A stretch of 32,000 bases of DNA from positions 1,440,001 to 1,472,000 of the forward strand of contig CP149973.1 in NCBI GenBank assembly GCA_029269845.2. Direction: 5' to 3'. The notes beneath the pieces were generated by a model that was not told the DNA's origin, did not search any database, and worked only from the letters and a program-made list of their open reading frames with translations. This document shows positions 26,834-32,000 of this stretch, in pieces (positions within the stretch are counted from its first letter, which is position 1; each line of letters starts with the position of its first letter). The position numbers and the translations under genes were made by a program. The DNA comes from Opitutia bacterium KCR 482. GTDB taxonomy: Bacteria; Verrucomicrobiota; Verrucomicrobiia; Opitutales; Intestinicryptomonadaceae.

Positions 26834-26981
26834 TTCTTGAAAACTTTTTTTCCTTGAAATTCGGGGACAAATGTCGCTTTCTCTATTGCTTGGAAATCCG
26901 CGTCGGCGACACAATCCGACATTATGGGGCGGATTTTCTCAAACTTTGGAAGAAAGTAAAAGTCTAAAATATTTAAAAAAC

Positions 26982-28436
26982 ATGAAACCTGTAATATTCA
27001 ACAACACTGTTTTGCGCGACGGACACCAGTCGCTTGCGGCAACCCGCATGACGACCGACATGATGCTTCCCGCGTGCCCGATTCTCGATTCCATGGGCTT
27101 CGGCGCGCTCGAAACATGGGGCGGCGCAACGATAGATTCGGGGCTTCGCTTCCTCGGCGAATTTCCGTTCGACAGGCTCGACGCCCTCAAAAAGGCGTGC
27201 CCGAAGACAAAGCACATGATGCTTTTCAGGGGGCAGAATATCGTCGCCTACGCGCACTTCCCCGACGACGTCGTTCAGGCGTTCGTCAAGGCTTCGGCGA
27301 AGCACGGAATGGACATTTTCCGCATTTTCGACGCTCTCAACGACCCGCGCAACCTCGAATGCGCAATCAGGGCGGTAAACGAGGCGGGCAAAGAGGCGCA
27401 CGGCACAATCTGCTACACAAAAAGCCCCGTGCACACGGTCGAAAGCTTTGTAAAACTGGGCTGCCAGCTTGAAGACTTGGGCTGCTCGGCGGTGGTAATC
27501 AAGGACATGGCGGGGCTTATTCCGCCGTACGTCACCTACGAAATCGTCAAGGGCTTGAAGAAAAACATCAAGATTCCCGTGTGGCTGCACACGCACGACA
27601 CCGCGGGAATGGGCGCGGTTTCCTACTACGCGGCAATCGACGCGGGCGTGGACGCCGTCGACGTCTCGATTTCGCCTTTCGCAAACGGCACGGGTCAGCC
27701 CGACACCGCCCGCATGCTCGCAATGCTCGAAGACCACGCAAGAAAGCCCGACTACGACCTCAAAAAACTCGCCGAACTGCGCGAATATTTCAAGGGCGTC
27801 TACGACAAGCTCGGCTTCTACGAAAACCCGAAAAACGAGGTTATCGACACCGACGCGCTCGTCTACCAAGTCCCCGGCGGCATGCTCTCGAACTTCCGCG
27901 TACAGCTCAAAGAGCAGAAAATGGAGGACAAGTTCGAGGAGGTTTTTGCGGAAGTTCCCTATGTCCGCGAAAAGCTCGGCTGGATTCCGCTCGTGACGCC
28001 GACCTCGCAGATTGTCGGCACGCAGGCGATGATGAACGTGAAATTCGGACGCTGGAAGATGTTTACGCCGCAGGCAATGGACATCGCCCTCGGCTACTAC
28101 GGGCGCACGCCCGCTCCCGTAGACCCCGAAGTCCGCGCGCTGGCGCAGAAGATTTCGGGCAAAGAGCCCATCGACTGCCGCCCCGCCGACCTCAAACCTG
28201 CGGGCATGGAAGACCTGCGCAAGCAGCTCCGCGCAAAGGGAATCAAGGACGACGACGAACATTGCGTCATCTACGCCATGTTCCCGCAGCAGCTCGAAGA
28301 CCTCTACACGAAGCCGCGCGACGCCTACAAACTCAAATCGCCCGCCGACAAGAAACCCGCGGGCGCGGGCGTTTCGCCGCAGAAGTTCGACATCACAATC
28401 GACGGCGTCAGGAAGCACGTCGAAGTCAGCATGTAG
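26982..28436 (+). CDS. carboxyltransferase, oxaloacetate decarboxylase alpha / transcarboxylase 5S type, no biotinyl domain
   Basis: The ATG at 26982 gives MKPVIFNNTVLRDGHQSLAATRM. Further matches are FRIFDALND, VVIKDMAGL, HTHDTAGMG and the C-terminal PYC_OADA-like region. The protein ends at ...ITIDGVRKHVEVSM with no AMKM biotin-attachment motif. Confidence 0.85.
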   Translation: MKPVIFNNTVLRDGHQSLAATRMTTDMMLPACPILDSMGFGALETWGGATIDSGLRFLGEFPFDRLDALKKACPKTKHMMLFRGQNIVAYAHFPDDVVQAFVKASAKHGMDIFRIFDALNDPRNLECAIRAVNEAGKEAHGTICYTKSPVHTVESFVKLGCQLEDLGCSAVVIKDMAGLIPPYVTYEIVKGLKKNIKIPVWLHTHDTAGMGAVSYYAAIDAGVDAVDVSISPFANGTGQPDTARMLAMLEDHARKPDYDLKKLAELREYFKGVYDKLGFYENPKNEVIDTDALVYQVPGGMLSNFRVQLKEQKMEDKFEEVFAEVPYVREKLGWIPLVTPTSQIVGTQAMMNVKFGRWKMFTPQAMDIALGYYGRTPAPVDPEVRALAQKISGKEPIDCRPADLKPAGMEDLRKQLRAKGIKDDDEHCVIYAMFPQQLEDLYTKPRDAYKLKSPADKKPAGAGVSPQKFDITIDGVRKHVEVSM

Positions 28437-28456
28437 CGCGGGGCTTTCCCATTCCG

Positions 28457-28490
28457 AAACGCCGACCGCAAAGGTTCGGCGTTTTTTTTG
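28457..28490 (+). terminator. rho-independent terminator after the carboxyltransferase gene
   Basis: AACGCCGACC-gcaaa-GGTTCGGCGTT (one bulge) followed by T8. Confidence 0.7.
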
Positions 28491-28546
28491 CGCAATGCCG
28501 ATTTTGATGTTTCAATTTTTCCGCCGTTGGCTTAACTTTACGAACT

Positions 28547-29434
28547 ATGGGCAGGATTTTTCTTTTTTGCGCCGCTTTTGCCGCCTGTCTTTTGACGGCG
28601 GCTTGCGGAACGTTTCAACGCACGGTGGAAGTGCGCGACGCCGATACGGGTGTTCCCGTATCGGGAGCGTTTGTGTACGCCTCCACCGCCGACATCGTCG
28701 CGCCGTTTGCGCCGTGCGGGCTTTACAAGACGGACGCTTCGGGCAGGGTCAAAATAGACGACACCGCCCGCGTCTTGACGATAATTTCGGGCAAGGAGGG
28801 CTACGACTTGGCGACGGTCTGCGACGAGGGCATAAAAATCGGCGACGAGCTTAAAACCGAGTTGAAGCTCAAACGCGAAAATCCGTCCGCCCGCCACCCC
28901 GCGCGGGTCTTGGCGTTCAGGGCGTTTCCCTCCGACGCCGGCGAAATCGTCAACGAAATGTCGGCGTACTTCGGCAGGCGCAACACAATCATGACGACAA
29001 TCGGGCAGGAGTATGTGATAGACGCAAAGTTCGTCGTTCGCGACCATTCCACAAAACGCCCGATTCCCGACGCCATGGTGCACGTCCGCCAGCGCATGCC
29101 GCTTTTCGGACAACGCGAATACGTCGTGGCGGCGGATTCAAAAGGCGTTGCGACAGTGCCGCTCGAACTCAACTACGCGAGGCTTGTTGTGGACGCGGGC
29201 AAGGAGGGCTACGCCCCCACGAAAAAGTTTTCGCCCGACCTCTACAAACACGGCGTCTACTATGTGGAGCTTTCCAGAAAGACCCGCGCGGGAGATTCCG
29301 CAAGACCCGTGATGGTGGTCTCCGACACTTCCGAATTTTCTCGCCGCCAGACCGACATTCCCGTTTGGGAGCGTTTCAAAAAATACTACTACAAGGCGGG
29401 CGGGACAATAAAGTACATAAGCGAAACCCGATAG
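28547..29434 (+). CDS. putative lipoprotein with two carboxypeptidase-regulatory-like beta-sandwich modules
   Basis: 295 aa. The signal peptide carries a lipobox ([10 protein letters not shown]). Two related modules are visible: [18 protein letters not shown]...TDASGRVKI and [19 protein letters not shown]...[11 protein letters not shown]. Confidence 0.65.
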   Translation: MGRIFLFCAAFAACLLTAACGTFQRTVEVRDADTGVPVSGAFVYASTADIVAPFAPCGLYKTDASGRVKIDDTARVLTIISGKEGYDLATVCDEGIKIGDELKTELKLKRENPSARHPARVLAFRAFPSDAGEIVNEMSAYFGRRNTIMTTIGQEYVIDAKFVVRDHSTKRPIPDAMVHVRQRMPLFGQREYVVAADSKGVATVPLELNYARLVVDAGKEGYAPTKKFSPDLYKHGVYYVELSRKTRAGDSARPVMVVSDTSEFSRRQTDIPVWERFKKYYYKAGGTIKYISETR

Positions 29435-29486
29435 GCGGCGCGGTCTTGTTTGCCGCGGGCTGGCGTTCCGCCGCGCATAGGGGGCT

Positions 29487-29517
29487 TCCCGCGCTTCCGC
29501 CTTTTGCGGGAGTTTTT
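29487..29517 (+). terminator. possible terminator after the lipoprotein gene
   Basis: TCCCGC, a 13-nt loop, GCGGGA, then GTTTTT. The stem is weak and the loop is long. Confidence 0.3.
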
Positions 29518-29620
29518 GAGGCTTTTTTGCGGCGGCGCGGGGCAGTCTTTCCTGTTGAAACGCGGGCGTTTGCGCAACCACTTTTCGGCGGGTTTGCAAG
29601 AAAATTCCGCCCGTTTGTGC

Positions 29621-29641
29621 AATTTTTAATAGTTAAAAATT
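29621..29641. promoter_or_regulatory. perfect 9-3-9 palindrome AATTTTTAA-tag-TTAAAAATT upstream of nuoB (candidate operator or promoter element)
   Basis: Read directly. It ends 50 nt upstream of the nuoB ATG and is the only AT-rich patch in an otherwise GC-rich 257-bp intergenic region. Confidence 0.3.
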
Positions 29642-29691
29642 TGTTGAGTTTTCGTTCGGGTCGCTTAGCATGGGTGCCGATTTTTTTCATT

Positions 29692-30201
29692 ATGGATAAG
29701 TGTATTCAGCAAGGATTCGACGCAAAAGGCGAGCAGGGCTTTGTCTACACAAAGCTCGACGCGGTCATAAACTGGGTCAGGGCGAACTCGATTTGGCCGC
29801 AGCCGATGGGGCTTGCGTGTTGCGCAATCGAACTCATGGCGGTCGGCGGCTCGCGCTTCGACATCGCAAGATTCGGCATGGAAGTCATGCGCTTCTCCCC
29901 GCGCCAGAGCGACTGCATGATTGTCGCGGGAACGGTAACCTACAAAATGGCGGGTTCAATCAAGCGCGTGTACGACCAAATGGCGGCTCCCAAGTGGGTC
30001 GTGGCGATGGGCGCGTGTGCGTGTTCGGGCGGCATGTTCCGCACTTATTCGACATTGCAGGGCGTCGATAAAATCATTCCCGTGGACGTCTACGTAGGCG
30101 GCTGTCCGACCCGTCCCGAAGCCCTGCTCGATGCGCTCGTTTCGCTTCAAAACAAAATCCGCGACGACCATTCCGCAAGGGAACTTTTCGCAAAACAATA
30201 G
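29692..30201 (+). CDS. nuoB: NADH-quinone oxidoreductase subunit B
   Basis: The ATG at 29692 gives [10 protein letters not shown]... The sequence contains [21 protein letters not shown] and GGCPTRPE, the N2 cluster cysteines. The track ORF start at 29365 is an over-extension. Confidence 0.9.
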   Translation: MDKCIQQGFDAKGEQGFVYTKLDAVINWVRANSIWPQPMGLACCAIELMAVGGSRFDIARFGMEVMRFSPRQSDCMIVAGTVTYKMAGSIKRVYDQMAAPKWVVAMGACACSGGMFRTYSTLQGVDKIIPVDVYVGGCPTRPEALLDALVSLQNKIRDDHSARELFAKQ

Positions 30202-30209
30202 GGTTCGAT

Positions 30210-30821
30210 ATGGAAAAAGAAAAAATACTTTCCGAACTGCCGTTTCTGACGGAGCGCAAAAGCGCGGACGGAATGCCCTCGTTCGACTGCCGCCCCGAAG
30301 ACCTCGTAAAAGCCGCGCAGGTTCTGCGCGACAAATTCGAATTCCAGAGCCTCAACGACATTTCCGCGGTCGATTTCGGCGCGAACCTCGCAAGCCGCCG
30401 CTTCGGCGCGGTCTACCATTTCTTCTCGCACACGCAAAAATGCTATCTGCGCTTGGCCGTCGTCTGCGAAAGCGCGGAAGAGCCTAAACTGCCGTCGCTC
30501 TGCCCCGTGTTCAAGGGGGCGGACTGGCTCGAACGCGAGGCGTTCGACATGATGGGAATCGTTTTCGAGGGGCACCCGCGCCTTGCGAGAATCCTCATGT
30601 GGGACTCGTACCCGTGGCACCCGCTCCGCAAAGACTTTCCCCTCGAAGGCAGGGAAGCCCCGCTTCCGCCGACTTTCGAGGGCAACGAAAACGCGACGAA
30701 AGTCGTGCCCGCGCCCGAAGAGGGCGGGCCTTTCCATTCGCCGTCGGGCGGCGTGAAGTTCGTCGCCCAAAAAGAGCCGCGTAGCCGCAGAACGCAGCGC
30801 GACTCTTCCGACAACATTTAA
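30210..30821 (+). CDS. nuoC: NADH-quinone oxidoreductase subunit C (30-kDa subunit)
   Basis: 203 aa. WLEREAFDMMGIVFEGHPRLARILMWDSYPWHPLRKDFPL is the NuoC signature region. There is a C-terminal extension of about 50 aa. Confidence 0.9.
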   Translation: MEKEKILSELPFLTERKSADGMPSFDCRPEDLVKAAQVLRDKFEFQSLNDISAVDFGANLASRRFGAVYHFFSHTQKCYLRLAVVCESAEEPKLPSLCPVFKGADWLEREAFDMMGIVFEGHPRLARILMWDSYPWHPLRKDFPLEGREAPLPPTFEGNENATKVVPAPEEGGPFHSPSGGVKFVAQKEPRSRRTQRDSSDNI

Positions 30822-30834
30822 GCCCTTTCAAGAG

Positions 30835-32000
30835 ATGGAAAAAGAATTCACATATCCCGAACCCGCGTCGCTTGCGGAGGACAGACTCGGCGAAAAAATG
30901 ATTGTAAACATCGGGCCGTCGCACCCCGCAACCCACGGCGTGCTGCGCATGAAGCTCGAACTTGACGGCGACCTCATCACCCGCGCCGACCCGATTGTCG
31001 GACAGCTCCACAGGGGGCAGGAGAAAGTCGCCGAAAACCTCACCTACAACCAGTTCATTCCCTTTACCGACAGGCTCGACTACCTTGCGCCGATGTGCAA
31101 CAACATCGCATTCGCCCTTTGCGTCGAGAAAATCGCGGGAATCGAGATAACCGAACGCTGCAAGGCAATCCGCGTTATCTGCTGCGAGCTTTCGCGCATA
31201 GCAAGCCACTTGGTCGGCCTTGCCGCCTACGGCATGGACGCCGGCTCGTGGACGGTCTTCATGTACTGCTTCACCCAGCGCGAAAAGCTGATGACGCTTT
31301 TCGAACAGCTCACGGGCGCGCGCATGACGTCCTCGTACGCGAGAATCGGCGGGCTTGCGCGCGACATTCCCGACGGCTGGCTCGGCAACGTAAACGCGTT
31401 CGCAAACCAGTTTCTGCCCGCGCTCGACGAAATCGACGCGCTGATTACGCGCAACAAAATCTTCGTGGACCGCGCCGCGGGAATCGGCGTTGTCAGCGCG
31501 GAGCAGGCTATGCAGTGGGGGCTTACGGGCGCGAACCTCAGGGGCAGCGGCGTCGCCGACGACCTCCGCAAAGACCTTCCCTACCTCGGCTACGAAAACT
31601 ACGAGTTCGACGTCCCCATCGGCGTCCACGGCGACTGCTACGACCGCTGGCTTGTCCGCATAGAGGAAATGCGCCAGAGTATCCGCATCGTTCGTCAGGC
31701 GATAGAAAAAATGCCCGACGGCGCGGTGAACATTTCCGACCCGAAAATAGTCCTGCCCAAAAAGGACAAGGTTTTGCGCGACATGGAGGATTTGATTAAC
31801 AACTTCGTCCTCACAACGCAAGGCCCCGACATTCCCGCGGGCGAGGCGTACTTCGAGGCGGAAAACCCCAAAGGCGCGCTCGGTTTCTTCGTGATGTCGA
31901 AAGGCGGCGGAGTTCCGTACAGGGTGAAGGTGCGCGCGCCGTCGTTCGTGAGCCTCTCGGCGATGCAGGAAATTCTGCCGGGGCACCACATGAGCGACAT
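30835..32000 (+). CDS. nuoD: NADH-quinone oxidoreductase subunit D (N-terminal ~388 codons; continues beyond the right edge)
   Basis: Absent from the ORF track because it has no stop in the window. Manual translation from the ATG at 30835 reads MEKEFTYPEPASLAEDRLGEKMIVNIGPSHPATHGVLRMKLELDGDLITRADPIVGQLHRGQEKVAENLTYNQFIPFTDRLDYLAPM...RVKVRAPSFVSLSAMQEILPGHHMSD. The NuoD-type GPxHPxxHGVLR motif is present, and there are no NiFe-hydrogenase CxxC motifs. Confidence 0.9.
   Translation, partial: MEKEFTYPEPASLAEDRLGEKMIVNIGPSHPATHGVLRMKLELDGDLITRADPIVGQLHRGQEKVAENLTYNQFIPFTDRLDYLAPMCNNIAFALCVEKIAGIEITERCKAIRVICCELSRIASHLVGLAAYGMDAGSWTVFMYCFTQREKLMTLFEQLTGARMTSSYARIGGLARDIPDGWLGNVNAFANQFLPALDEIDALITRNKIFVDRAAGIGVVSAEQAMQWGLTGANLRGSGVADDLRKDLPYLGYENYEFDVPIGVHGDCYDRWLVRIEEMRQSIRIVRQAIEKMPDGAVNISDPKIVLPKKDKVLRDMEDLINNFVLTTQGPDIPAGEAYFEAENPKGALGFFVMSKGGGVPYRVKVRAPSFVSLSAMQEILPGHHMSD

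Noticed and set aside
26834-26981. Over-extended starts of miaB (TTG at 26914) and of the carboxyltransferase (26871) that would make the two divergent genes overlap
   Set aside because: Homology to MiaB starts at VKVYIRTYGCQMN (GTG at 26833). Homology to the carboxyltransferase starts at MKPVIFNN (ATG at 26982). The extensions are not conserved-looking.
29365-29691. 109-codon N-terminal extension of the nuoB ORF; also checked as a possible nuoA remnant
   Set aside because: The translation is Arg/Gly/Ala/Phe-rich junk with no transmembrane pattern like NuoA. It overlaps the end of the lipoprotein gene, and the NuoB homology starts at the ATG at 29692.
1-32000. CRISPR arrays, rRNA, transposases, integrases, phage genes and classical multi-gene defence systems
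   Set aside because: I found no regularly spaced direct repeats and no recognisable nuclease, helicase, methylase or recombinase ORFs on either strand. The only toxin-like element is the single fic gene.

Overview
This is a 32-kb segment of a GC-rich bacterial chromosome. Hand counts of a few lines give about 60% GC in housekeeping genes, about 50% in surface-protein genes and about 45% in one fic gene. PEP-CTERM sorting signals, weak Shine-Dalgarno usage and gene content suggest a PVC-type lineage (Lentisphaerota, Kiritimatiellota or Verrucomicrobiota); that is inference only.

Gene order, left to right:
- dxs (partial) and xseB on the minus strand.
- A divergent thymidine-phosphorylase-family gene.
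- tRNA-Glu(UUC).
- A low-GC islet carrying a class III (NmFic-like) Fic AMP-transferase and gene debris, followed by a triple-lesion metallophosphoesterase pseudogene.
- A tightly coupled minus-strand operon, nusA-infB-rbfA-nrnA-truB-ribF.
- Two divergently transcribed secreted proteins of unknown function.
- A GH78 alpha-L-rhamnosidase.
- pflB and pflA, separated by two paralogous PEP-CTERM surface-protein genes. One of these is frameshifted at a T5 tract inside its anchor.
- A miaB-DUF2156-GNAT operon.
- A carboxyltransferase (5S/OadA-like) without a biotin domain.
- A lipoprotein gene.
- A complex I operon that starts at nuoB (nuoB, nuoC, nuoD partial), with no nuoA upstream.

No CRISPR array, rRNA, transposase or integrase is visible. 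I do not see a clear-cut novel multi-gene system. The most unusual loci are reported as findings with modest scores. Many gene-length antisense ORFs in the supplied track are GC-bias artefacts. The track also uses alternative start codons, so several ORFs are over-extended at the 5' end.
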